From Candidatus Kapaibacterium sp. (lineage in GTDB: Bacteria > Bacteroidota > Ignavibacteria > Palsa-1295), in contig JBKJTT010000007.1 of the NCBI GenBank assembly GCA_046590205.1, forward strand, positions 89,700 to 153,699: DNA of 64,000 nt, given 5' to 3'. Both the position numbers and the translations under genes were made by a program. Each line of letters opens with the position of its first letter. Positions within the stretch are counted from its first letter, which is position 1. Below the pieces are notes generated by a model. It did not search any database. It saw nothing but the letters and a program-made list of their open reading frames with translations, and was not told the origin of the DNA. Positions 1 through 9,890 of this stretch are shown here, piece by piece.

Positions 1-132
1 CTGGCCAGCCTTGATCAAACGTCCCTGATAGGAAATACTACGCGGGACTTGAGCATTAGCTGTTTGTAAGCCCATGACGGAAAGAAACGCTCCGAGCATC
101 AAGCTTAACAATATTGAACGACGTGAAGTCAT
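1..132 (-). CDS. Secreted protein, N-terminal part only (gene continues beyond window start)
   Basis: Reverse complement reads MTSRRSILLSLMLGAFLSVMGLQTANAQ..., a typical signal peptide with AxA cleavage site. ATG is at 130-132 on the minus strand. The ORF is open to the window edge. Confidence 0.4.
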   Translation of the reverse strand, partial: MTSRRSILLSLMLGAFLSVMGLQTANAQVPRSISYQGRLIKAGQ

Positions 133-616
133 ACCCTTCGTCTCCTATTGTGATTAATTAGTTAAAATACGTATAGTTAAATCAAAAATCGTATTTGTTT
201 GCTGCGGTAACCAGTGGCGTCTCGTGAGAGAAATCCTTCTTGTAACCGAACTGACTGTGCAAAGATACACAATTATTTTCCAGCAATTTCAAAAAGTGCA
301 CAAAAACTGTAAACGGCACCTCAACCCGCATTTTACGGGGAAGGGGGCTTATTCACATTTTCGTGCAAAACTTATCGGGACAAATATACAACAAAAATAA
401 GCGATTTGCAAATTTTCTTTTTATTTTTTTCCCGAGCGTTGGGCTTATGGGGGAAGCCGTCGCGCTGATTTCGGTACAAATATACGGATATATCCTTACC
501 AATGCTCATAAACTCCGCAAGTTTCTTTCTGTTACACCTCGCTGTGTCAAAAAGTGGGCTAAGTCTCTGTTTTTTCGAGTTTTCCACTGTTTTTTGAAAA
601 CATTGGGCAATTTTAA

Positions 617-1543
617 TTGATTGTACGGGATGAAATCTTTGGTTTTTTGAGTTGTACGATGTCGATATTTTACACATACTTTATGCAAAAAGACGCTTAC
701 GCGCCAATGTCATTTCAGAAAGCATTATTATGGAGCATGTTTTGGATCGGGCTGTCGCTCGGCTTTGCCTTGTATTTATGGCAATACGAAGGTTCGGAAA
801 TAGCACTCCAATTCCTCGCAGGATATACTATAGAGAAAGCACTTTCTGTCGATAATCTCTTTGTCTTCCTGATGCTCTTTAGCCACTTCAAGATCAAGCC
901 CAAGCTCCAGCGAAGGGTTTTGAACTATGGTATCATGGGCGTTATCGTTTTACGAGGCGTGATGATATTTGCTGGCATCGGACTTGTTAATGAGTATGAA
1001 TGGCTCATGTACATCTTTGGTGTTCTTATTCTTTATACAGGTTTTGTGATGACCTTCGGTAAAGAAGAAGAGTTCGATCCTGATAAGAACCGCATCATCA
1101 AGTTGACACGAAAGTTTATGAACGTCACCAATGAGTATGATGGTGACAAGTTCTTCACTATGAAGAACGGCAAGCGATTTGCCACGCCGCTCTTTGTTGT
1201 ATTACTTGTAGTAGAGCTAACAGATGTACTTTTTGCTATTGACTCGATCCCTGCAGTATTTGCCGTGACACGAGACCCGATGATCGTCTTTAGCTCTAAT
1301 ATGCTTGCCGTATTTGGTTTGCGCTCGCTGTATTTCTTGCTTGAGAGAACACAGCAGGCATTCCGATTTGTCAAAAAAGGTGTTGGCGTTATCTTGTGGT
1401 TTGTCGGTGTGAAGATGCTTGTGCCTCTTGTTATTCCCGGCTATCATATAGATATTATGGTATCGCTCATGATTATTGTCGGTATCTTGCTCGGAAGTAT
1501 CTTACTATCAGCACTTATCAATCCCGATAAACTTGACGACTAA
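617..1543 (+). CDS. TerC-family integral membrane protein
   Basis: Multiple transmembrane segments. 'EKALSVDNLFVFLMLF' and a second 'ELTDVLFAIDSIPAVFAVT' repeat are characteristic of the TerC/Alx/YkoY family. The true start may be an internal Met. Confidence 0.7.
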   Translation: MIVRDEIFGFLSCTMSIFYTYFMQKDAYAPMSFQKALLWSMFWIGLSLGFALYLWQYEGSEIALQFLAGYTIEKALSVDNLFVFLMLFSHFKIKPKLQRRVLNYGIMGVIVLRGVMIFAGIGLVNEYEWLMYIFGVLILYTGFVMTFGKEEEFDPDKNRIIKLTRKFMNVTNEYDGDKFFTMKNGKRFATPLFVVLLVVELTDVLFAIDSIPAVFAVTRDPMIVFSSNMLAVFGLRSLYFLLERTQQAFRFVKKGVGVILWFVGVKMLVPLVIPGYHIDIMVSLMIIVGILLGSILLSALINPDKLDD

Positions 1544-2022
1544 TGCCACGTCACTCTTCGCTTGTTCCGCTTTCACACGATCATCATCATGGTCTTGTCG
1601 TTGCGTTACGATTGAAGAAGGGCGGACCCGCATCACAGAACGATTGGTGGCTTGCCGGAGAAGAAAACCAAGCACCGCAGCTATTAGCGTTTGCCGATAG
1701 TGAGTTACTTCATCATTTCACTCTCGAAGAGCAATTAGTCTTCCCTGTACTTCTGGACTTGGGAGATGATATGATGACAAGCATAACTGGCGAGCTTCTT
1801 GCTGAACATCAGGCAATGAGAGCGTCTCTTGAGAAGATACGCCAACTACCCGACCCACAAATGCTCAAAGATTTTGGAGACCTGCTAGAAGCACATATCC
1901 GTAAAGAAGAACGAATACTTTTCCCACTTGTAGAACAACAGATAGAAAAAGGGGGCATCATTTTAGATGATGAGCTTATCAAGACTCGACACGATTCTTA
2001 TGCTGCCCCGCCTGTTTGTTAA
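1543..2022 (+). CDS. Hemerythrin HHE cation-binding domain protein
   Basis: Repeated H..E-containing helices (HHFTLEEQLVFP, EHQAMRASLEKI, EAHIRKEERILFP). The start overlaps the TerC stop (TAATG), which indicates translational coupling. Confidence 0.5.
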   Translation: MPRHSSLVPLSHDHHHGLVVALRLKKGGPASQNDWWLAGEENQAPQLLAFADSELLHHFTLEEQLVFPVLLDLGDDMMTSITGELLAEHQAMRASLEKIRQLPDPQMLKDFGDLLEAHIRKEERILFPLVEQQIEKGGIILDDELIKTRHDSYAAPPVC

Positions 2023-2120
2023 AATTGGGGAAAACTTTTCGGTAGGTCATTGGGTTTAAGTGCTTCCCAAAAACGCCCTCCGGGCGTACGCATCAACAAC
2101 GTTATAGAAAGAGGAATGTA

Positions 2121-2516
2121 ATGGATACAGTAGAGAAAGAGATCGTACCGGTACTAACCAAAAAGCTTTATATCGGCAGCTTACCTTATAGCTGGTCGGT
2201 CGAGCAATTGGAAGATCTCTTCAAACCCTTTGGTCGTGTCACGAGTACAGCTATCGTCAGTGACCAGATGACGAAGAAGTCAAAGGGCTTTGGCTTCGTC
2301 GAGATGGAGACCGAGGAAAGCGCAACTAAGGCAATGACAGAGCTTAACGGTAAAGAGATCGAAGGTCGTCCGCTTTCAGTCCGTGAGGCAAAACCGAACG
2401 CAGAGCGCGGGAACCGCGAAGGCGGAAACAACGGACGTCAGCGTTATGAATATAACGACCCGAACAGCACCGATATATCAGGTCGCAGCTACGGCAACCG
2501 CAACGGTTGGTGGTAA
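2121..2516 (+). CDS. RRM-type RNA-binding protein with Gly/Arg-rich tail
   Basis: RNP-2 'LYIGSL' and RNP-1 'KGFGFVEM' motifs. The C-terminus is RG/GN-rich. Confidence 0.85.
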   Translation: MDTVEKEIVPVLTKKLYIGSLPYSWSVEQLEDLFKPFGRVTSTAIVSDQMTKKSKGFGFVEMETEESATKAMTELNGKEIEGRPLSVREAKPNAERGNREGGNNGRQRYEYNDPNSTDISGRSYGNRNGWW

Positions 2517-2553
2517 GTAACAAGCGAAAAGCTTAAACTTCAAAGCGTAAAAA

Positions 2554-2585
2554 AGAGGCAGTCATTGACTGCCTCTTTTATTTTA
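2554..2585. terminator. Bidirectional rho-independent terminator between convergent genes
   Basis: Perfect hairpin agaggcagtcattgactgcctct flanked by A-run upstream and TTTTATTTT downstream. It reads as a terminator on both strands. The stop codon of the minus-strand gene (2578) lies inside it. Confidence 0.8.
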
Positions 2586-5520
2586 TCCTGAGGAATCGTT
2601 GGGAAGTTTTGCTTGATGTTGATTCAACAGTTAGGATATAACTGCCCTCTGGAAGGTCGCTGATTGAGAACGTAAGTTCTTCTTCCCCACCTTGAAGTAT
2701 CCGCTCGTAGCGACGAAGCACTGTACCGCTGATATCAGTGATTCCAATCTTCACATCATCTTTGCTCGGAATATCAATGATAAATGAAATCTCGTTCTTC
2801 GCCGGATTTGGTTTTATTGCACCAAGCTGGAGTGTCTCGCCTCGCATAAAATCTTGTAGTATGTGGTCGGCACAGACGTAGGTATAACTAAAGCTTGCAC
2901 CTGTCGTTGTTGAAACGCTTGATGTGCATGGGTCCTGCGGACCCCCACCGGAAGTTACATTTGATAGCACAAGATTCGTCGTTGAATCTTTTGTAAGATA
3001 AATTCTAAAATCAAGCTCTGCTAACTTTCCGCTTGCATCAGCTTGTATATAGGGCGTACCTGACAATGTAAAGTGTTTATTATCACTCGTACTAAGAGTA
3101 TTCGGTCCTTGTGTGCCTGTGTATGTAATGAGGTCGGAGTTATAGCCGAGATCGAACTCAAGCGAACGGATATTAGCACTCGCAAATCCATCTGTTGCTG
3201 ACTCTAATAGTGCAAAACGAACAGGGTCGCCGGATGTACCTATTGGGTTCGATGGATGAGGTACTGATGAAATGCCAAACGATGCATTGCCAGGGAAACT
3301 TATAGAACGTGTAAATGAAATTGAAGGCAGTATGTTGCTTGCCGTCGAAGCAAATGAAACCGATGCGGAGTTTTGTGTCTTGCCACCAACAGTATCTACT
3401 TTTGTAGAAACTCCGAGAGTTATCTTCTCACGCGGAGCAAGTGACTTCGGTAGTTGTGATGCATCAATGATAAATCCGCTGCCTGCAAGATTTGCACTTG
3501 TCAGGATAAGTGTATCGCATCCTGTATTCTCAAGTTGGACCGACGAACTTGTCTCGTCACATAAGAATACAGTCCCGAGGTCAACCGTACCGCCATTCGG
3601 GCTTACCGAAAGTATCTTCGTGCCATTTCCGACAAATCCGTCAATGCTAGCATTGTAATCTTTACTCGTACCTGTCCCCGACGCATTCTTCGAGCGAATG
3701 GCTATGCTTCCTGTTCTACTTCCTTTTTGAAGGGGAGAGAATTGTATTCCGTAGCGTAAAGTATCTTTTGGTTGAAGAGTTGCTCCGGTAGGAATAGCAC
3801 CGAGGAGTACATAATCTGCAACACTTGTCAGTGCAAAGTTTTCAATGGTTATTGGTACGCAACCTGTATTAGTAAGGAAGCCAAAGAGCGAATCACTCGG
3901 TGAGCAAATAGAAAGTGTGTCAAATGAAAATGCTTTCGGTTCGTAACTTAAAACACCAACACCATCAGTACCTGTACCCTCGATTTGAAATGAAATATCT
4001 TGTGTCTTGCCGTGCATCCGTCCGGTGTAGGATGGATAGATAGTCTTCTTGCCGAGAGTAACAGGGATAAAATGTGCACCGATAGTTACAGAGCTATCAG
4101 GCGGAAGCGAGTAGGGAAGAGTAATTGCGTCGATAGAGAATTCAGATACAATCGTACCCGGACCTGCGATTATTTCCAACGTATCACATCCTGTATTCTT
4201 AAATATAAATACAGAGTCATTCTTTTCGCCGCAGATACCTGCATCGCCAAGATCAAGGGTAGATAGATTCAGCGTTAATCTCGGATTCTCACCATTAACT
4301 GATGCTGATACTTTTATTACACTGTCAAAATTTCTTTTACTACCGGAAGCATCAACGTATCCTTTGATACGTATCTGCGAGTTGAACACACCATAATTAC
4401 CATTTGGCATAAGGTCAACCGTTGCTGTGTATGATGCACCTTCAAATAATGTATCAGGTAATGTAGGTGGTGTGAAAATATAGACACCGGGATTATTCTC
4501 AATAGCGACTGATGTCAAGACCATATTGCCGCACTGCGTATTGAGAAGTTTGGCGGACTTGGTTGAGGATGTACAGGCTGTGATAGTAGGAAATTTTACT
4601 TCTTCCCAAACAATTGGTGTATTTGTGGAAAGTGAGCCATCACCACCGTCTGCAGTCTTCCAGACAGCCCCTGTTGCATCAAAGGCAATCACAACCTCTC
4701 CACGACAGCCTGTAACCCAAAAGGAACGAGTATCAATGTTATTCGAAGGTCCGCCGACAAGCCGCCATGTTTTCCCGCTATCTTGCGCGCCTGTGCGGAG
4801 CATGCCACTTGCTTCGGTTTGGATATACATCACGCCCTTTGACCCGTGTATATGCCCTGTCGGTTTTTTATTAAAACCTATTAACGTGCTAAAATCAAAT
4901 CGGGAACCCCAGTTCTGTGTAGTAGGATTCTGCCAGATCAAACGACTGTTGAGTTCAGTTACAGCATACCATATTCTCTCAAGTGAATCTCCGTATGCAG
5001 ACCATGCCTCTGACATTGCATCATTTGGTCCCCAGGTGATGAGCATGGTCGCATCATCCATCAAGAACACACCGTTCTTGTTACCCCCATTAGTCAACGG
5101 GTTATTCCATTGACTATATCCATAGTTACTATATGAAACACCAACTCCTGTTCCGAACCGTGAACCTGTTGAATTATCAACCCATGAGTACCCACCATCA
5201 GTTGTCTTCCAAAGATTCATTCCGGGAGTTGTCTGTGAAAAAATAGAGGCATATCCTATACCATCAGGTCGTATTGATATTTGGGTTACCTGGCCTGAAC
5301 CTACGGGGACAGAAGCTTGGTACCAAGAATATCCACCGTTAGCGGTTGTCCATATTTGAAGAGTAGTTGGAGTGGTGTATGTCCCCGTCCCTGCAAAACC
5401 AACATTATCATTCAAGAAAAAACAGCAACCAACGGGCGCGGGTATCTTCGCGATCTGCTGCCATCCGGCAGAGGCGATAGAAGGAATAAGAAGAACGAGA
5501 AAAATAATGAAACGTATCAT
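2578..5520 (-). CDS. Large secreted BNR/Asp-box repeat protein with T9SS C-terminal sorting domain
   Basis: Signal peptide MIRFIIFLVLLIPSIASA. Several S-x-D-G-G-x-(S/T)-W BNR-like repeats (TTANGGYSW, TTDGGYSW, WKTADGG). The C-terminal ~80 aa (PNPAKNEISF...GSYILTV...LRIK) match the Por/T9SS CTD pattern. Confidence 0.6.
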   Translation of the reverse strand: MIRFIIFLVLLIPSIASAGWQQIAKIPAPVGCCFFLNDNVGFAGTGTYTTPTTLQIWTTANGGYSWYQASVPVGSGQVTQISIRPDGIGYASIFSQTTPGMNLWKTTDGGYSWVDNSTGSRFGTGVGVSYSNYGYSQWNNPLTNGGNKNGVFLMDDATMLITWGPNDAMSEAWSAYGDSLERIWYAVTELNSRLIWQNPTTQNWGSRFDFSTLIGFNKKPTGHIHGSKGVMYIQTEASGMLRTGAQDSGKTWRLVGGPSNNIDTRSFWVTGCRGEVVIAFDATGAVWKTADGGDGSLSTNTPIVWEEVKFPTITACTSSTKSAKLLNTQCGNMVLTSVAIENNPGVYIFTPPTLPDTLFEGASYTATVDLMPNGNYGVFNSQIRIKGYVDASGSKRNFDSVIKVSASVNGENPRLTLNLSTLDLGDAGICGEKNDSVFIFKNTGCDTLEIIAGPGTIVSEFSIDAITLPYSLPPDSSVTIGAHFIPVTLGKKTIYPSYTGRMHGKTQDISFQIEGTGTDGVGVLSYEPKAFSFDTLSICSPSDSLFGFLTNTGCVPITIENFALTSVADYVLLGAIPTGATLQPKDTLRYGIQFSPLQKGSRTGSIAIRSKNASGTGTSKDYNASIDGFVGNGTKILSVSPNGGTVDLGTVFLCDETSSSVQLENTGCDTLILTSANLAGSGFIIDASQLPKSLAPREKITLGVSTKVDTVGGKTQNSASVSFASTASNILPSISFTRSISFPGNASFGISSVPHPSNPIGTSGDPVRFALLESATDGFASANIRSLEFDLGYNSDLITYTGTQGPNTLSTSDNKHFTLSGTPYIQADASGKLAELDFRIYLTKDSTTNLVLSNVTSGGGPQDPCTSSVSTTTGASFSYTYVCADHILQDFMRGETLQLGAIKPNPAKNEISFIIDIPSKDDVKIGITDISGTVLRRYERILQGGEEELTFSISDLPEGSYILTVESTSSKTSQRFLRIK

Positions 5521-5569
5521 AGGCGTTGCTACTAATAGAACGCTTAGGAAGTGGATTAGTTACTAATTA

Positions 5570-7729
5570 TCAGAATCTAACTGTCTCGCCCGTCGAGAGC
5601 GACTCATGGATTGCAAATGTAACGACGGTCGTTGCAAGCATCGAATCAAATGTGATCGGTGAAGCTGTGCCGTTCTTGATCGCTGATAAGAATGCCTCTA
5701 CTTCTTCTTTATGTCCTTTACCTTGTCCTTTTGTGACGTTCGGTTTGCCAGAGCCGCGATAGAACTCAAGCTCGGTGAAGTTCTTCATGATGGCAGTACG
5801 TCCGCCGGAGAATACCTGTATCTCTTCTTTCGGAAGTGTTTTATCACCGTTCGCGATGTAGAGTATCGTTGCAACCGAACCGTCTTCGTAATCAACAGTA
5901 ATGGAGATAGTATCATGATCAACAGAATCAGCGCGACCAGTCGAGATATGTTTTGCCGTTACCGATTTTGGTAAGCTGTCATTTGCTAAGTACGCTGCTG
6001 TATCAATGAAATGGCAAACCTCACCGATGATGCGTCCGCCGCCGATCTCTTCATCTTGTGTCCAGTTCGATGCGGGAATCGGTCCGGCATTGACACGGTA
6101 AAACATCATTTTCGGCTGATGCGGCTCGCCGAACTGTTCTTTCATCTTTACGACCAAAGGAGCGAATCTTCTGTTGAAACCGATGAGGAGTTTTGAACTT
6201 CCTTCATTGGCCTGTGCTACTTGGGATGTCTCTTCAATAGTGAGTGCCATCGGCTTTTCGCAAAAGACATGTTTGCCTGCTTTGATTGCCTTTGTGATAA
6301 GCTCGGCATGGTTGTTATGTCTGGTTGCGATGAAGATAGTATTAACATCAGATGAGTTTATTACTTCATCGTAGTTCGTAGTTGCTCTTGCGAATCCGAA
6401 TTTCGTTTTTGCATCTTCTGCCGATGCGCCTGTCTCATTGGCAACGATGACAAGCTCTACACCTTTGAGATTAGGCAGAAGGAATCCTTGAGCGAAGTTA
6501 CCTGCTCCGATAAATCCTATTCTAGGGTGTGCCTGGTGCTGTGCGCTTAGTGCTGTGTGAGCATCCCCATTTTGACTTTTGACTTTTAACTTTTGACTTT
6601 CATCAAATGGATACGTCAACACAATCCCAAGATACCTCTCCTTGATTTCACCTGCGATCATATCGTACGCTCGCTTGGCTTCGGTGATGGGGAGTGTATG
6701 TGTCGTAATGTGCTTTGGCTCTACTTTTTTCTCGTCGAGCAAGCGGATGAACTCCTGCATGTTGCGTCGCTCTGTCCAGCGGACATATCCTATCGGGTAG
6801 TCAATACCTTTCTCTTCGTAGGTTGCGTCGTATCTGCCCGGACCGTAACTGCGTGAAAGCTTGAACTCAAGTTCTTTTACAAAGAACGGATCGCGCGGTA
6901 TATCCATCTTCGTAACGCCGACCATTACGATGCGTCCTTTATCGCGGCTGATGGCTGCGGAGAAATCTATCGGGTCGTTCGAGCTTGTCGCGGCAGTGAT
7001 GATAGTTGCATCAACTCCGTACCCTGATGTTAATGACTTTATCTTATCAACAAGGTTATCTTCTTTTCGACAAAATGCGAAATGTGAATTATGTTTGGCG
7101 GCAAGTTTTACGTTCTCTTCGTCAAGGTCAATGCCGATGACTTGACATCCCGCAGCTCGTGCAATAGCACATGTAAGCTGACCAACTAAACCCAGACCGA
7201 TAACTGCAACAGTCTCGCCGAAGGTCGGCTCCGCTTGACGTACGCCTTGCATTGCAATTGCGCCGAGCGTTGTATAACAAGCATCTTCGTAGCTAACGGT
7301 ATCAGGAATTTTTACACAGAGATTGCGAAGTACGCTCACTACTTCCGCATGGTTAGCGCCTTGTCCGCCGCATGCGACGCGGTCTCCGGGGCGGAGGTCA
7401 TCTACGTCGGGACTCACTGCAATCACCTCACCTGCGCATGAGTAGCCCATCGCTTTCTGCGAGTCGAGCTTATTCATCACGCGGCTATACGTAGCCCAAA
7501 AGCCCTGCTGCTTTATTTCTGCAAGTACCTTCTTGACATCATCGGGCCGGCTCTTAGCTTTTTCTATGAGCGATGCACGCGCAAGGTCAACCGACATCTT
7601 TTCGGTGCCGGCAGAAATGACGCTTGCATGAACGCGGACGATAACGCTAGCGCGCTTCGGCGCCTGCGGCGCGCCGACATCCTTAATGGTAATAGCACCT
7701 GAGCGCAATGATTGGAGTAGCTGTTTCAA
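5570..7729 (-). CDS. Bi-domain oxidoreductase: N-terminal Zn-dependent alcohol dehydrogenase-like fused to C-terminal Gfo/Idh/MocA NAD-binding oxidoreductase
   Basis: N-terminal half has MDR/ADH motifs (GDRVACGG..., GLGLVGQL Rossmann). C-terminal half starts with IGFIGAGNFAQGFLLPNL plus EKPMALT, typical of Gfo/Idh/MocA. The two halves are joined by a K/S/Q-rich linker. Confidence 0.7.
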   Translation of the reverse strand: MKQLLQSLRSGAITIKDVGAPQAPKRASVIVRVHASVISAGTEKMSVDLARASLIEKAKSRPDDVKKVLAEIKQQGFWATYSRVMNKLDSQKAMGYSCAGEVIAVSPDVDDLRPGDRVACGGQGANHAEVVSVLRNLCVKIPDTVSYEDACYTTLGAIAMQGVRQAEPTFGETVAVIGLGLVGQLTCAIARAAGCQVIGIDLDEENVKLAAKHNSHFAFCRKEDNLVDKIKSLTSGYGVDATIITAATSSNDPIDFSAAISRDKGRIVMVGVTKMDIPRDPFFVKELEFKLSRSYGPGRYDATYEEKGIDYPIGYVRWTERRNMQEFIRLLDEKKVEPKHITTHTLPITEAKRAYDMIAGEIKERYLGIVLTYPFDESQKLKVKSQNGDAHTALSAQHQAHPRIGFIGAGNFAQGFLLPNLKGVELVIVANETGASAEDAKTKFGFARATTNYDEVINSSDVNTIFIATRHNNHAELITKAIKAGKHVFCEKPMALTIEETSQVAQANEGSSKLLIGFNRRFAPLVVKMKEQFGEPHQPKMMFYRVNAGPIPASNWTQDEEIGGGRIIGEVCHFIDTAAYLANDSLPKSVTAKHISTGRADSVDHDTISITVDYEDGSVATILYIANGDKTLPKEEIQVFSGGRTAIMKNFTELEFYRGSGKPNVTKGQGKGHKEEVEAFLSAIKNGTASPITFDSMLATTVVTFAIHESLSTGETVRF

Positions 7730-7813
7730 ACTTTAATGGTAACTATCTCAATTTACTCGTGAACTCAACAGTATCTACTAATCTTTGTTTCCTGTGATAT
7801 AGAGCAAACGCAT

Positions 7814-8569
7814 ATGAAGATTACGGTACTTTTGATGCTTGTTACATTTGGTGCATCAGTTTTTGCCCAAAAGAAAGCAGACTACAGCTCGCAGTGGGCG
7901 CGTGACCTTGATAAATATCCTGGGGGAGTAGATGCCCTTGAAGAGATGAAACGGCGTGATCTTTCCTCATTCTGGTTATCAGGTTCGCAGTCACAAAATG
8001 GTGTTTATGGTGATGATTATTGGCGCATAGAATTTCATCTTTCCGATATCGAGCAAGTTAAGGATGACCTCCTCTCCTACAGAGTGAAAGGAAAAGACAG
8101 ACATAAGAACGTTGTTACTCCGTTTGAAGGCACGATTCGTATTACCAAAGCGCTGCGGTACTCTAAGCCGCATGAAATGAATGATAGCGTCAATCCGCTT
8201 CGTATCACAGCCATCTATGAATTTACTGAAGATAAAGCATCGAAGTATTCGGGAGTATTTAGCGGCACGCTTCGTACTGATTTTATCTATAAGCCAAGTG
8301 AGCCGGATAAGTTGGCGCTCGACCAAGAGGGTGATGACGGCTATATGAATAATACCTTCGTCGGCATCTGGACTTCAAAAAACGGTAAGCAAAAGAAATG
8401 TATCTGGGGATTAGAGCGTCTGCCGTTCACTGAAGATTGGGATGAAGGTGCAGGAGAAATTTATGTCAATAAGAAGTACATCAAGAACGGATGGGAAAGC
8501 TACATGAAGCACAATGAACTTACAGAAAAGAACGGCGTCATCATGCAAAAAGATATGTGGTGGAAGTAG
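7814..8569 (+). CDS. Secreted hypothetical protein
   Basis: Signal peptide MKITVLLMLVTFGASVFAQ. No motif I can recognise. Confidence 0.5.
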   Translation: MKITVLLMLVTFGASVFAQKKADYSSQWARDLDKYPGGVDALEEMKRRDLSSFWLSGSQSQNGVYGDDYWRIEFHLSDIEQVKDDLLSYRVKGKDRHKNVVTPFEGTIRITKALRYSKPHEMNDSVNPLRITAIYEFTEDKASKYSGVFSGTLRTDFIYKPSEPDKLALDQEGDDGYMNNTFVGIWTSKNGKQKKCIWGLERLPFTEDWDEGAGEIYVNKKYIKNGWESYMKHNELTEKNGVIMQKDMWWK

Positions 8570-8685
8570 TTATTCGAATGGTTAGATCGGGACGAACCAC
8601 CCTTTTACATGTACCGTCAGCCCAAGCCAAACCTGGTGTGTGGAATAGTCGAAGTTTTTGGGGTTCGAAGTTTTTGGGGTATGGG

Positions 8686-9606
8686 TTATTCTTCGCCAAA
8701 GTAATCGTGATCAATTTTTTTTATTGAATAGGTTTGAGAAGTGGTAACCCCTAAATCATGGTCTATCATTAACTTTGATAAATGTACCCCTTCGATTAGT
8801 ACTATCTTTTTATTTCTAATATCATCGGCGTACTTTTTTGCATCTGGCGAGAAAGTAGAAGTTGTAATCATAACACCTTTGTGTGCTCCTTTAGCATCTA
8901 GCGCACCGGAAAATGATTGAACTTCAGGTCTACCAACACTGCCATTCCATCGTTTAGCTTGTACATAAATATTATCAAGGCCTAATTTATCTTCTTTGAT
9001 AATACCATCAATACCACCATCTCCGACTTTTCCAATTACTGCCTCTTCAATATCGTTATATGAACCGCCATATCCCATCGCCATAAGAAGTTCAACAACA
9101 AGGGTTTCGAAGAAGGCTGGAGAAGATTCTTTGATTTTTTCTAAAAGCTCTTTTTCAAGACTTAGTCTTATTTCTTTATATGATTTATCAAGAACTTCGT
9201 TTGGAGTTTTTAACTCATCAGTTGAGATGTTTGATTCTACATGTTCGTCATCTTCTGCTTTTGCCCTGTTTCTAAACTCTTCAAAACTTTCAAATTTTGT
9301 TAGATACTTAATGTTTATGTAAGAAGGTTTACTTTTCAACTCCTTCAAACCCATATCTGTAATCTGAATATAACCTCTTGAAGAACGTCTAATCAAACCT
9401 GCTTGATATAAATAGCTAATCGCCCACGCAATCCGATTATGAAATTTCTTTTGCTTTCCACTCGGTAATAACTCGTTAATTTCATCCTGAGAAAGTGAAA
9501 ATTTCAAAGCAAGTTCGCTCACCACATCATGAGTTTTATGTGGCTGTTGGTCGCCAGTCAATTCAAGAACTGGAAGCATTAGTGATTGAAAATCAGGTAT
9601 CGGCAT
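8686..9606 (-). CDS. mrr: Mrr-family type IV restriction endonuclease (Mrr_N winged-helix + Mrr_cat PD-(D/E)xK)
   Basis: C-terminal 'GGIDGIIKEDKLGLDNIYVQAKRW' and 'KGVMITTSTFSPDA' match the Mrr catalytic core (D...(D/E)xK). The N-terminal 90 aa resemble the Mrr_N DNA-binding domain. Confidence 0.7.
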   Translation of the reverse strand: MPIPDFQSLMLPVLELTGDQQPHKTHDVVSELALKFSLSQDEINELLPSGKQKKFHNRIAWAISYLYQAGLIRRSSRGYIQITDMGLKELKSKPSYINIKYLTKFESFEEFRNRAKAEDDEHVESNISTDELKTPNEVLDKSYKEIRLSLEKELLEKIKESSPAFFETLVVELLMAMGYGGSYNDIEEAVIGKVGDGGIDGIIKEDKLGLDNIYVQAKRWNGSVGRPEVQSFSGALDAKGAHKGVMITTSTFSPDAKKYADDIRNKKIVLIEGVHLSKLMIDHDLGVTTSQTYSIKKIDHDYFGEE

Positions 9607-9647
9607 TAGGTTTTATTTAGTATTAATCAGCCACGAAAATACGACGA

Positions 9648-9890
9648 TTAATGCTGCCCTTTTAAGAATCCTTCGACGGATAGATGTTCATCTAATTCTT
9701 CCCACTCAATGCCAAGACCTTTGCCAATCCATGTATAGTTCTTGCGCTGTTCGGGGGTTGCATTATGGAGGCGAGGATACCAAATAATAGGTACTTGAAT
9801 AACTCTCGCATCGTCGAGATAGACAATGAGATAATCATCAGTAAAGTCAAGCGTTGTAGCTCGTGGTCGTGTTTCAACTGAAGTATTCAT
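9648..9890 (-). CDS. DUF2442 domain protein (second gene of DUF4160/DUF2442 pair)
   Basis: 80 aa, 'DDYLIVYLDDARVIQVPIIWYPRL...AT.EQR.NY..IG.G.GIEWEELDE..SVEG' pattern of DUF2442. Overlaps the upstream ORF by 17 nt. Confidence 0.55.
   Translation of the reverse strand: MNTSVETRPRATTLDFTDDYLIVYLDDARVIQVPIIWYPRLHNATPEQRKNYTWIGKGLGIEWEELDEHLSVEGFLKGQH

Noticed and set aside
363-688. Small ORFs (85, 101 and 60 aa) upstream of the TerC gene, and a possible yybP-ykoY (Mn2+) riboswitch, since TerC-family genes are often preceded by one
   Set aside because: The ORFs overlap each other in different frames and show no motif. Reading the leader, I could not find the conserved GGGGAGUAG / UUGCC elements of the yybP-ykoY motif. 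Left as untranslated leader.
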